A DNA stretch of 64,000 nt. Source: Chiloscyllium plagiosum. Its lineage: Eukaryota. The notes under the pieces were generated by a model. That model was not told the origin of the DNA. It searched no databases and saw nothing but the letters and a program-made list of their open reading frames with translations. How positions within the stretch are numbered: the stretch's first letter is position 1; each line of letters begins with the position of its first letter. The DNA is taken from positions 54,471,077-54,535,076 of the forward strand of contig NC_057719.1 in assembly GCF_004010195.1 (NCBI RefSeq). The letters are read 5' to 3'. Position numbers and translations under genes: made by a program. Below, in pieces: positions 27,755-41,220 of this stretch.

Positions 27755-28971
27755 GGAAAGTCAAAACATACTTCATCAGTGTAAGGATAGTTTTATGAAA
27801 GGTAAATTGTGAGGTCTAATTGTGGTCAACTAATTGTGTTTGATTAATTTGTTAGAGTTCTTTCAAGATGTAACAAGTAGATAATATGACTCTTGTAAAT
27901 GTGGTACATTTAGACTTCATGAAGGCATTTATAAGATTCCAAACAAATGATTAATACACAAGGTAAGATCACACTGGGCTAATGGTAATTCTTTGCTTGG
28001 ATAGAGGTTTGGCCAACCAGCAGAAAGCAGAGAAGTGGAATAAATGGGACTTGGAGGTGGAGATAGAAGGTACTGCAGCCAAATTTGCAGATGATGCTAA
28101 AATAAGTGCAAAAGTAAGTTGTCATGAAGAAATAAGAAATTTACCAATGGAAAAGGGTAGGGCTAAAATCCAGCAGATGGAGTTTAATGTGAATAAGTGT
28201 GAGATTATCCATTCTGGTTGGAAGAATAAAAAGGTAATTTTTATCTAAAAGGACAGAAACTTCAAAATACTTTGGTTCAGAAAACTCTGGAGGTCCTCAT
28301 GTGAGTTGCAGAAAGCTAGTACAGAGGAAAATGGAATTTTGGCATTTATTGCTAAAACAATGGATTATGAAAGTAGGAAAGTGTTGTTTCAATTGTATAA
28401 GGAGTTGGTGAGACCACATCTGGACTACTGCATACAGTTTTTGCTCTCCTTACTTAAGGAAAGATATAATTGCATTGGAAGCAGTTCAAAAAAAGATTTA
28501 CTGGATTAATTCCAGAAATAATGGCTGTCTTATGAGGACAGATTAAATACTTTAGGCATATATTGTCTCAAGTAAAAGAATGAGAGGAGACCTAATTGAG
28601 GCATATAAGATGCTGAAAGGGATTGACAAAATAGACATAAAGCAGATGTTTCCCCTTGAGAGGCAACATAGAACAAGAGCTTTTAGGCTAAGGGGAAGCA
28701 GATTGAAAACACAGATGAAGAAGAATTACTTCTCTTTCATGTCATGAACCTGTGGAATTCACTAACCCAGAGTGTGGTGGATGCTGGGACATTAGCAAAT
28801 TTAAGGAGTCAATAGCCAGATTTTTAATTAGTAATGGATTGAAAGGGTCATGGGAAGCAAGCAGGACAGTGGAGTTGAGACCAAGATGAGATCAGCTACG
28901 CATGTGTTAAATGGTGGACCAGGCTCAAGGAACTGATTTCTCTACTCCTCCTAGTTCTTACATTTTTATGT
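27755..28971 (+). mobile_element. CR1 LINE fragment inserted into an old SINE
   Basis: AKFADDAKI, QMEFNVNKCEIIH, LYKELVRPHLDYC. Confidence 0.9.
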
Positions 28972-30347
28972 ACCTGGTCTAGCCAACAATAACTCTAGCA
29001 ATATGTTGACTCTTAATGGCCCTTTAGAAATGGCTTAGCAATTCACTAAGTTCAAGGGCAATGAGTGATGGGAACAAATGCTGATCTTAATTGTGATGCC
29101 AACGTCCCATAAAAGAGTATACTCTTTAAAAAATCAGATTACCTTTTAAAAGAACTGACACAGTTATGATGGTCTGTATTAGCTCCTTCAATGCCCTCTG
29201 ATATTAATGGTTCTGTGATCAAATATCAAGTTTGTAAGAAAAATGGTCTCAGCAATTTCTCCTCCTGTAAACAAAGAAAAATATTTTAAAAAAATGCTGA
29301 ATACCAGAGAATATTTAGCTTGCTACTTGACATTCACTACCCACATGAGAGTAATTCACTCACAGGTTATCAGATCAGGTTGCTCACTGAATATTTTGGG
29401 CATTCAACAAAACCCTGGTGGATATTCTATTTATACCAGTATTAGCTGAATAGCAAGAGGAAATGGTAAATACTAATGTAGCAGTCTGCGGGACAAAAAA
29501 AATCAATATGTGAAATCAACCAAATGCACTAAGATTATGTATCACAGAAACGATTAATGGTCTTCCGTTCAGCATTGTTCATACAAAGGCCAGAACAGGC
29601 ATTATTGAAAGCAATCAAAACAAATAAGAGCCATATGGTACAAGTAGATTGGTGCAGCCTGCTCAGCAGTAGAGCAGGATGTCAAGTTCATCTCACTCAT
29701 TAGAGAGACCTTAATAACCCACTTCTGATCGTATCACATGTGATCCATTAGAGCTGCCTCTGCCGCTTTTATAAAGTGCATTTTGTATCTCACTTCTACC
29801 CATTGTGCATAAATACTGAACCTTTGACATAGATGTAACAATAATATTCAGCTACAGATAACAGGAGAAGTCAATGAAATTTCATAGCCTGAGCAGTCAG
29901 AGAAGTGGAGAGATATTGAGATACACTTATTTCACAGCTGACAGGAATTGGCCTGAATTGTTTCCTGCGTTTCTAAGTTGTAGCCCAGTTCCACCTGATA
30001 TTATGCTTCAGTCTTTATTCTCTTCACACACAATATATTGTGAATTTAGCTGTTCAATTACTTAAAAATGTATACAATAGAAATTAGGCAAAAAATGTAT
30101 TTGTATAAAACTCTTTTACAACCACCAGATATTACAGTCGATTAAGCACTTTTTGAAGTATAGTCATTGGCGCAGCTGATTACTCTGGCAACTAAATTAT
30201 ATTTGGTAAAGGCCACAAAATGCAACATGGCAACCATGAAAAATCTATTTATTTAATGTGGATTGATGCAATTTATATTATCCTATAGGTTAGCCCAGGT
30301 AATGTGGGCCACAGATATTTGGGTTCTCTTGAGTCCAATAGATTGAA

Positions 30348-30501
30348 GGAGAAAGTGAGGACTGCAGATGCTGGAGATCAGAGCTGAAAATGTGTTTCTG
30401 GAAAAGCACAGCAGGTCAGGCAGCATCCAAGGAGCAGGAGAATCGACGTTTCGGGCATGAGCCCTTCTTCAGGAAGGGCTTTTCCAGCAACATATTTCCA
30501 G
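30348..30501 (-). mobile_element. Penelope terminal-repeat element with a short inverted tail
   Basis: Same family as 19508; TSD tccaatagattgaag on both sides. Confidence 0.9.
30445..30472 (-). ncRNA. Minimal hammerhead ribozyme core
   Basis: Minus CTGAAGA-A-GGGC-TCAT-GCCC-GAAAC-GTC. Confidence 0.65.
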
Positions 30502-31639
30502 ATCCAATAGATTGAAGTTTATTTATAAGACTACAATATCACTCCTAATCTTGGTTCTACATTTGGTGATGTTATTACACACTCAAACACAGTGACATCG
30601 TTATAACTGTCTTGAAAGTACAGTGACTGTGTGCTCTATGTCAGAATACAGCTTATGCCACTAAAATCATTTTCTTAAGAACAGTCATTCATAGAATCTG
30701 GCTGCTGCTGGCTAGGCCAACATTCCTCATTGTCCATGGAACAATGTAATGTGCAGATATTGAGGTAAATTTTCCATTTTGTTTTGGTGAATTATGACTT
30801 GCGTTATGTTTTTTAGAAGGATTTGCATCAAAGGGCCAAGTGAGTTACCTTGGGAAAACACTCATAGCTTGGAAACCTATATGCTTCATCACTCAGATGT
30901 CCCTCTTGAAATTAAATGTAAGAACAGGTTCTCCCGAAGGAAGGAGTTAGTTCAAAAAAGTTAGAAATAGTTTACCTCAGAATACGGGTTTAATTTGAAA
31001 GTTCCAGGCCAGCTTTATATAGTTAGGACCTTGAAGGGGTTATTTGAATCAGAAAATATAAGCACAATTAATGAACATTCAAGGAAGAGACTGTTAGACT
31101 CTGGAGACCAGAAGTTGAAAGCAACAGTTAAGTCACATAAAAGACATGATAGAGAAGAGAATTCTCTCTAATGTTTGGGTACTGTAAATGTTTACGGTTG
31201 TGACAGATGGAATATTGTACTTTAACTGTGTCACCACCTTCAAATTGTTTTATATGTAATCTGTATTATTTTATTTAACTTCTTTTCTTTCTCATAATAT
31301 TTTTTAAATATTATTGTTGAAACAGATCTGCATCATAGTGTTCTTGTGTTTCAGTAAAAGACAACTTAATTAATTAATAAGAAAAATGTGATCTATTAAG
31401 CCACATTTCAATTTGGGATATGATTTGTCAAATAATAGTGTTAATTGGGATCATAACAATAGCTTGTGCATTGAGGGCATAAAGGTCTCAGATGTTTTCT
31501 AAACTTGGATCACTTCAAGCATGACATGCTGATGGATGCTCAAATGTTCTTTGCAATGGAATAGTCTAATACTAGCCCAGATATTGTTGTGGCTGTGAAT
31601 TTGATAGTACAGTTACTCTTCCAGAAGTAAAGGTGACAT

Positions 31640-31960
31640 CAGAGAATCTCTACAGGGTGGAAACAGGCCATTTGGCCCAACAACTCCACACCTACCTCCA
31701 AAGAGTAAACTATCCAGATGCATTCCCTTCCATTATTACCCCATATTTATCCCTGACTAATGCACCAAACCTACACATCCCTAAACATTTGGGCAATTTA
31801 GCACAGCCAATTCACATAACCTGCACATTTTTGAGCTGTGGGAGGAAACCGGTTTACCGGAAGGAAACCCACACAGATACAGGGAAAACTCCACACAGCC
31901 AGTCACCTGAGGCAGGAATTGAACCTGGGTCCCTGGCACTGTGAGGCAGCAGTGCCACTG
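31640..31960 (-). mobile_element. HE1-type SINE (older)
   Basis: gtggaaacaggcc...ctgtgggaggaaaccgg...tgtgaggcagcagtg. Confidence 0.85.
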
Positions 31961-34900
31961 TTAGAAGCAATGGCCATCTTTTAAAAAAAAATCCCAGATC
32001 TTAGTGGTGGATATTTGGAAACCTCATTAAAAATCAATTTCTGACTGTCAAAAAAATTAATCAAGAGCATCAACTCTGTGAGTACAGACAGCACTATAGA
32101 TAAGGCACTGACCTGCAAGAAGACAAAGCTATGTTTTTGTTAATTGGAACTTATGCTTTTCTAAATTGAAAATATAACTGAATTAAGAGATAAACTAACA
32201 AAAAAAGCTGCAATCCATTTTTGAGGCACAAAGCCAGAACTGTGTAATACAAAGAGTTGAAACTTGTAAAATCAGTAGCCGTCTCTCTGCAGAATCTTGG
32301 CTGTTAAGAAAAGATTGGCCTCAATTTACACTGATGGAAAGGTACAGGTTGAAGCTTTTAGGGCAGAATCATGCATTGCAAAAATCTCATTATGGATTGG
32401 GCAGCACCCAATGAAACCTTTGTTGAATTACAATGTTTAGACAAATAATTCAGATTTATTTTACTTATCAAGGAATAAGTGACCCCAAGAAATAACCCTC
32501 TGAAAACATCGCTTTCCACTGGCAAAGAGGGATTTCTCAGAATTAAGGCATTCCAGTTTTCCCATGGGTGATCAGAAAGATCCGGAACAGATCTGAAAAG
32601 TTCTCAAAAACCAGCCAAAGTTTATAAATGACTTAAAGATTAACAACCTCCAGTTCCTATCATCCAGACAGCAAGCTCAAAAGTCTATTAACCAGTTTGT
32701 CAGAGAATGCTGCATAACAGAGCATGAGTATCATTTCTCTGAAGGTGAACTGTAAGAGAGGCTCATTTAATTAATGATTGCCTCCATATCAATTAAAACC
32801 TTTAAAAAAGATCTTCTGTGTAAAATAAAATGTTCATAATACTGAGCAATAAAGCATTTCAGTGTCAGGTAAAAATCCCCGCTGGAGGCAATACACACAT
32901 TGTTGACTGTAAGGTTCCATGTCAAATGTATGTACACGCTTTATAAAATGCTGAATCCACAGCACTTAGCTCATCTGGAAGTTACTTTTTTTACCCATGG
33001 GGTGATTTTGGCATTTATAACAGGCTACTGTCCATTTCCGTCCCCACAATAAGTGAAAACTATAGCTTCAACATGAATTTCTGGGTTTAGGAACTAGGGA
33101 AAGAAAAACACACCAAAGTAAGATGACCTTTCTTTCCTATGGTTCAGGATTTGGTGCATTGTCAAGGCAAATTAAAGAAGGCTTAACTTTGCATCTCATT
33201 TTCTATAAATCCAAATTGTTAATACTCTTTGGCAACACTGGATGACCCAAACAGTTAAGTGTTCATTTTCCATAAGAAACAAGTTTTGACTTGATGATCT
33301 TTAAATTCACAGCAGTCATTGTTGCTGTTTCATCTGTTTTTAACACAATGCATTGAATTGCTGACTATCGGTCACAGAATTGAATTTAAAACAGGATTTC
33401 AATCATATTTTCTCTATTTTTCTGTTTTTAATCTTTGAATTCTAGCTGGATGTTCTTATGCACAACAGAATCCTATTATCCATAAATGAGTTCTGACTGC
33501 TGACGTCAGCAGCGTGTCCATCAGTGCAGCCTTCTGTGGTCATTAATTGGCCTCAATAGCAAAGTGATCTCTATTGCTTGCTTGGAATTCATGAAATAAA
33601 GGCACACTGAACCTCTGTTCAGGTTTACAGTGGTGTGTGAGGCTATGGTGTGTTGTTTATTGACTTATAGCCCAATCATTGAGGCAGGAGTCTCTGGTTT
33701 TGATAGACTCCTAGTTTGCAGCTGGGAAACTGATTTGGTTGACATGAAACTCTCTACACACAGTGAGTGAGCACCCCAATGGTGAACAAGTTCTGGCACT
33801 GTGAAAAAGTGGCCCAGAGTCAAACTTTAATCAAGACTAATTGGTTGCCAGCCTCTGACCCTGCTCCTAGCTCACTCTTTGGAAAATTCCTCCCAAAATG
33901 GGAATCATTCAGGGATCTGTTGCAGTTCCCTCCTATTTTCCCAGTCTCCAACATGTGTCCAGTTCCATCTCTACGGAGCTGGGAAAATCCTGCACCTACC
34001 AAATTTAGAGTGACACCCGGGAAAATGGAACAAACATTTATTGGTCACTTCCCTTGTCTGATTTCTAGATGAATACAAATGTTATCTACTCCAGTTCCAA
34101 CGTTAACTAAAAGTGACAATACTTTATGTCTGGATATGTACCAGCACATTGCAGGACGACTGTCAGTAAACTAAGAAAAGCCCATTGGAATTCCAATTTA
34201 CCTACATACCACTTGGGGTTAAATTATTGAAAAGTTGCACTTTTCTTGTGAATTTTTGAACATTTCCCATTTGGGATCCACAGTATTGAAATCTCTGTGC
34301 TCCAATCCATAGTCTGCCACAATAACAACTTCAAGCAATTTGCCTCATTCTGATTATTTTCCTTGAAGCTATTTATGAAGGCTTTTCAAAATTTGTTCTG
34401 ACAGTTCTGTTCAGTGAAAGCATCAACTTTGGAAATAATCTCAGCAGCGACTATCACATTTCTTGTTTTAGGCTCCACTATTTGTTCCACAATTTACAAT
34501 CCATCATCTTTACTTCACTCAGTGTTTCATACTGCAACGGTTGGATTCACAATTTCTAGCAGTACAGTTTTATTTGTGATGTATCTTATGGTCTACAGTC
34601 TTATTATAAGTCTATCCCTTAGTTCATCTTCTATTCCTTCATTAAGTGTTCAAAACACGTTGCTTTCTAAAAGCTGTGGAAGGTAAATTTGCATACATCT
34701 TATGATGACTCACTGTGAAAGCAAACAAATATAAAAGTGATTACTGGCTTTACTTTCTCTGAGGCGGAAATGTGCACAAATCTCTTGTGAGCTACAAAAA
34801 CGTCTTGCTAGTTCCAGTCACCTATGGCTCTGCAACCAGCTGCTAAATCTATACCCAACTGAAAATCTAGACTGACGCAAATCCATGGCACCTTCTGGTC

Positions 34901-35528
34901 TATTCATAGATGTACAGATACATATTAGAGGAAGCATGAAAAGTGCATGAAGTAGGATACGCTGATAACATTAGATTATGTTAGATGGAAGAGATGCATA
35001 TGAAGCATAACAATAGGCCAGCTGGGGTTTTGTTTCTGAGCTGTAAATGCTATGTAGGTCACATGAGATGAATCCAAGCTTTTCTCACGTTCACTCTTAA
35101 GGGAAAGGCTTTGCTGATTCCCTTCATACAGTAGTGGTGAGCCATCATCTTGCAGGTACAAGCAGGAAAATAATTCCAGGATTTTACATGTCCAGTAGAA
35201 ATCTAATGTAATCTTCTCCATCATCTTCTTTATGTGGCAATCTGAAAGATTTGACCTCTCAAATGTCATGGCTAGTGTTTAATTTTTGCCCAATAGGAGT
35301 ATGAGGTCAGCAGAGCAGCTGTGTTATTAATCAAAAACTTTTCAACATCAGGTTTCATTTGAATTAATCTGCACAACATTGGGTACCAATGGAAAAGCGC
35401 TCAATTGACCCACTGATCCAGAGGCGATGTGGTCAGCAGGAACAAATCCTGGAGAAGAGAGACAACTGATTACTTTTTTTCTGAAATCAAGATTGCCAGC
35501 ATTACCTTAAAGGACCACACATAGTGAT

Positions 35529-35755
35529 TGTAACAAGGTCAGCCAGGTGGACCTTATAGAATATGAGTTCCCTGATTGGGACTGTTAATCTTGTTTAATC
35601 AGGGAACCCTGGCTGACAGATATAAACAGGAGTGTCAGAGGTTCTGTTCCCTCTGAGTGCTGGCTTTGGGGGAGCTGGATCAGTGTCAAGGACTTTCTAT
35701 GTGTAAATAAAATGTGACTTGGAGACAGGATACTGGCCTCTGTGGAGTTATTTCA
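35529..35755 (+). repeat. Putative solo LTR (~227 bp)
   Basis: TG...CA ends, TATAAA and AATAAA; related copies at 2100-2211 (+, partial) and 18082-18306 (-). Confidence 0.65.
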
Positions 35756-36494
35756 TCAAATGCTAACCTGTTGACTGCTCACTGTACAGATTGGTGAATG
35801 TGGATAGAACATGTAGATTTCTAGTGTCAATGATGTAGGAATTTGATTTGCACATTTCAACAGCCCTCCTACCAAATAGTTTTGAACATTTGCAAGGCTA
35901 TCAGACTTTGAATCTGTGCATGTTGGTGCCTAAAATATGATTGAAGATTCCACTACTCCAAACCACCACTCCTGCTCCTAACCGCAGTTGCTGGATTAGC
36001 CCTTTTGGCAGACAATATTAAAAACCAGATAAAGAAGCCATTGAAAATTATGCAGTCTCCCACTGCCACCCCAGGTTTGATATCTCAAGTTTTATCCTTG
36101 TTGCTATGGCATGGTTACAGTTCCAGTGACATAGATTTTATAGTTACCAGATACCTTAAAAGATATACTGCTGGTTTATGAAAGCACATAAATAAGATGG
36201 CAAGACAGTAAAAAGGGCCACTAAGTTCATTTTAACACACAAGTCCCTCACAGGAACATAGACTAACGTTTTTCAATGATAATGCTTTCTTCATATCTTT
36301 CAAATCTTTGTTGAATTAAAAATTGGCTCAATTCCCTTTTGAATATTCGACCAGATATTATATTCAGTACACTAGGTGGCAGTCTATTCCATAATTCAAC
36401 ATGGAATGAGAAAAGTTATTTTTTACCTTAGATTTTGCCTGTGACTTCCTCAGCTATGACCATGTTCTATTCTTCTAGATTTAGATGGAAGCTA

Positions 36495-36860
36495 GTAGTG
36501 GTGACATTGGATTGTCTCTGAACTACTAGTCCAGAGCTTCAGGCAAATGCTCAGGAATTTGAATAACACCATGTCAGATTGTGAAATCTTCATTCAATAA
36601 GATCTTCATTAAATAAAAGCTGGTCTAATTGTGACCATGTAATCATTGTTGATTGTTGTAAAAACCTATCTGGTTCCCTAATCCATTTTGGGAAAAGAAA
36701 TCTGCTGATCCTACACAGTCTGAATTATATATGACTCCAGAGTCACAGCAAAGTGTTTTACTCAGCACCACCCTCTGAAATGGCACTTGCTAGCCATTCA
36801 ATTCAATGGGCTATTAGGGATGGCCAAAATATTCACTTTTCCAGGAGTGCTCACACCTGA
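36495..36860 (+). mobile_element. Old tRNA-like SINE family (unclassified)
   Basis: gaccatg..gattgttgtaaaaacctatctggttc..aatctgc..ccctctgaaatggc, as in 27545-29115. Confidence 0.6.
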
Positions 36861-37728
36861 GACAAGAAAGAAGGTAAAGATTTATGAAAAGTACTTGTCC
36901 ACATTTAATTAATCTATTCTCCAATATTTTTTAAAATAGCATTATAGATTCTTTTTACACTTACACTTTACATTGAAACTTGGAGCCATTTGTAACATCT
37001 ATATTTGAGTACTTTTCATTCATCTAGTATGTGTTCTCAAATATACTGGATATCTAGTGACACAAAATGGAATATAAATTTTAACTTCAAGAATTGATGG
37101 GTTAAGGATGATTTGGTTGGTTAAACAAGTTGATTTTTTTTACATTAACTGTAATGTAGCAGCAACAATTCAGCTCCATTGTTCATGGATTTAATGGAAG
37201 TGCCTCTGGATTCCTATGGGTAAGGTACTCAATGAAGTCAGATCCTGACAGCATTAATTGCAACTTTTAGCTCTTTAGAAGCCTTTAATGTGACCTTCTT
37301 TGAATTGAGATGTATTTACCTTTAAAAGTAAAGCCACTGTAATGGGTAAAGCTGCCCACTGAAACAGGAATGATAAGGAACTGCAGTTCAGGTGTGTAAT
37401 TAGCCTTGTTGAACAAGACCTTACTGGTGTCTCATCCCTTCAGACAATCATATAGCAGGATGTGCTTGTGTTGATATAGTATGTCTAAAGTTTGGAGATG
37501 CTCAAACTGAAAGATGGGACAAGCAAATGTGAAAAGGCTGATTGTCGTCATCCATAACAATGATGATTTACTCTGCTGGGTTCAGAATATATACAGGAAG
37601 GAGGTGCAAATTAGGGAGTTGTATTGGAGGGAACTGCACAGATGAAGGTACAGGTTGCAAACTATGTCGCACATATTATGACTTTGTGCACCCAACTTTT
37701 ATTGAGTAATGCCGAGTTAATGTTAATG

Positions 37729-37945
37729 ACAAAAAAAACCTGCAGATGCTGGAATCCAAAATAAACAGCAGGAGGCTGGAAGAGCACAGCAGGCCAGGCA
37801 GTAACTATCAGGAGGTGGAGAAGTCAACGTTTCGGTGTAACCCTTCTTCAGTTCTGAAGAAGTGTTATACCTGAAACGTTTAATTCTCCACCTCCTGATG
37901 CTGCCTGGCCTGTTGTGCTCTTCCAGCCTCCTGCTTGTCTACTCT
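37729..37945. mobile_element. Palindromic Penelope-terminal-repeat element (subfamily matching 20260-20381)
   Basis: Inverted arms around cttcttcagttctgaagaag; TSD gagttaatgttaatg at 37714-37728 and 37946-37960. Confidence 0.9.
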
Positions 37946-38463
37946 GAGTTAATGTTAATGCTGGACAAGTCTGATTCTTGACAGGAACCTGGCTGGAAAA
38001 ATCATAACTTTTTTTTTCACTGGAGTGACATTTACTCAAACATAAGCATGCAGAAATGAAGATAAACAAGAAAAAAGGCATTCTATTCTATTATAACGCA
38101 GATTCAAAAACGTTTTTTAAAACAAAACACACCTTTCTATATTGAACAGAAACAGAAACTATATATTGTAGTCAGTACACACTGTTACACCTTACAAACA
38201 TTGTTGCATTTCAAGAACATTTAATGCGATAGTTCTAGCTAGACCCAGTCCAGCTCATTTCGAAGAGAGAGTGAGACTTTTTTTTTAATACTTTGATGGG
38301 CTTGAACTGATTAAAATTTCAATGCTTCTGCTGGAAATATGGATAATTCTTTAATATTATTATTGTTATAATGCACCTGACTTGGCTCCCTTCTGGTGTT
38401 AAACTATCCCTGATGCAGCTTTAATTCCTTTTCATTTATAAACACTTCTGAACTCAATTTTTT

Positions 38464-38779
38464 TTAGATTAGATTACTTACAGTGTGGAAGCAGGCCCTT
38501 CGGCCCAACAAGTCCACATCAACCCGCCGAAGCGCAACCCACCCATACTCATTCCCCTACATTTACTCCTTCACCTAACTCTAGGGGCAATTTAGTATGG
38601 CCAATTCACCTAACCTGCACATTTTTTGGACTGTGGGAGGAAACCGGAGTACCCGGAGGAAACTCACGCAGACACGGGTAGAACGTGCAAACTCCACACA
38701 GACAGTCGTCTGAGGCAGGAATTGAACCCGGGTCTCAGGCGCTGTGAGGCAGCAGTGCTAACCACTGTGCCACCGTGCT
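38464..38779 (-). mobile_element. HE1-type SINE
   Basis: Closely similar to 14157-14477. Confidence 0.92.
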
Positions 38780-39684
38780 GCCAGTATACTATCTCTATCC
38801 TAGTACTCCAGTATGGATTAATAATAACTTCTTATTCTAAAATAATTTCATTACTTTAAACTTGTTTTCTTAGGAATGCTGCTTAACATACATTACACTA
38901 TCAAAAGACTTCCCAACATTTTGGAGAATAATACGTTTCTTTCTTGAAAGACTTCCCAACTCAGGCTAAAAATGAAAATCAGAATCTGTAAGGTTCTCCA
39001 ACTCAGTCAGTTCGGTTGCTCCCTAAGAATTCTGGGAGCTTACTCTTGATTAGAGTTATAGACATTGTAGTTTTTAAAGGCTAATGGTTAACTCCAAACA
39101 CACAGACAAATCCATATGTTTAACTTTGAATTCCAAGAACCAAACCTGCAGTTAACAATATTTATTACTATACTATATAAAGCAGATGGATGACAGCACA
39201 TGGATAGCAGCAGTTCAAGAAGGCAGTTCATCACCACATCCTCAAGAGGAACTCGGGACAGGCAATAAATGTTGGCTATTGATGATGCCAATGCGTCATG
39301 TGTGAATATATAAAAATCTGTTTCATAACAGTTTTTTTCTTTTAAAAGAGGTTCAATTTTCCCTGAGAAAGGGGAAAAAAATCAGTGTTTTCCAGGCGGA
39401 GGGTATCATGACATCGAAGGCAGAAAAGTTGGCCAGACAAGATCTGTTATCACTGGAATTTAGAAAAGTAAAGTATGATTTTATTTAAAGTAGATGTGGA
39501 AAGGATATATAACTCCAGAACTGGGAATTCTGAGGAAGGAACACTTGACCCAAAACATTAACACTGATTTCTTTGTGGCGATGGAGTAGATGTGTTGGGG
39601 TTTTTTTTAGATAAGGGTTTTTGGCAGTATTTTGAAAGGCACGGATTTGAGGAGAGTAGAGTTTATTGAGGTTAAAATCAACTA

Positions 39685-39901
39685 GGCAACACTGAGGACT
39701 GCAGATGCTGGAGATTAGAGTTGAGAGTGTGGTGCTGGAAAAGCACAGCAGGTCAGGCAGCATCCGAGGACCAGGAGAATTGAAGGGCTTTTGCCCGAAA
39801 TGTTGATTATCCTGCTCCTCGGATGCTATCTCACCTGCTGTGCCTTTCCAGCACCACTCTCTCATCTCTAAACTCCAGCACCTGCAGTCCACACTTTCAC
39901 C
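39685..39901. mobile_element. Palindromic Penelope-terminal-repeat element
   Basis: tgaggactgcagatgctggag...ctccagcacctgcagtcc inverted arms. Confidence 0.85.
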
Positions 39902-41220
39902 GAAAGTTTAATGAGGATCTGTGGAGAAGAAAAGAAGCTGATGATCATCTTTGCTCTGCAGTATGCTCCTACAGTGGCGTTCAGGTAATTAGAGGAATGT
40001 GAAAGCCAATAGTTCTTGACTAATGTAGCCAGATGCTGAAACCACTTTAGCCAGATGCTAATACCATCCTTAACTGCAAATATAAAGGAGTATAAACATA
40101 AATACTCGAATTAGGATGATAATTCAGGCTAAATTAATGTTTACAGTAAAAATAGAAAATATTGGTAATGGTGAACAAGTTTGGTTCTATCCGTATAGAG
40201 AGAAATAGAGTTAATAGGCCAGATTTTCATCATGGAGATGGGAATCAGGAGTTGGGAAAATTCTTAGCTATGCTACCTTGTCTCTGTCTCAGCTGTACTG
40301 ACTGGTGAAATTTTCATCTGACAAAGACAGTGATAGCTTACAGTCGGAGGCAAGTCAATAGTGAGGTGACCAGGGAAAAAAAAGGCTAGTCTCTATTCAC
40401 TGAGCTAGTGACTCAGCTTTGTACATCAGTGACTAACCTCATCCCCAACCCAATCCTCCCTTTCCTCCATCAACCACCCATTCACCTTCAAACCCTGTAC
40501 TTCACCCTACTTCCTATTTTCATACCCTCTTACCTCCTCACCTAGACTCACCAATCCTTTTGAATCCATGAAAAACAGAACTAACTAAACTATAGAAAAT
40601 TTTGGAAAACACAAAGATCCATTAAAAATACTATACTGAGACTTAAGAACAAATTCTCCTCCTTAAAATCTCATAGATCTTTCAAAATAAGCATACCACT
40701 TGAAAACTCACCATCAAAGATGTTCTCTTCAGAAATTCATGAATTTGTTAAAATAAACATGCTCACACACACATTGGTAGAGCTGTGTGACCAAATTTGT
40801 CACTATGGGATTGATTAGTGGTTTGGAAATTAATTAATGTTCAAATTTTGTTTTCCCCTGATGATCTGTATAAACAATCCCTGCTAGCAGATCCATTAAC
40901 AGTTTGGAAGGCAACTAAACCATCAAACTGACACTCCCCTGAATAACTATGTAAAAAGGTAATCATAGAGCTCTGAAAGACAGCCAAAAAGCTCAGACAG
41001 TTTTCAAAGTTTTGAAATATTCAAACAAATACGTGAACAGATTTGGTGGAATCCATGAGGGTAGTGCATGCAATTAGCTTTGTTTCTGATACTCTTTTGT
41101 GTTTTTCATGTTGTATAAAGTGGAATAGCACTTTATTAGATGGGAAATCCAATATAATGCATCTGATGACTTTCCCACTTTTACAATGCCTTCATTTCAC
41201 TTGGCAGGTTTCCACTTAGT

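Noticed and set aside
29460..29800. Non-repetitive stretch that might be a conserved non-coding element
   Set aside because: Conservation cannot be judged from a single sequence
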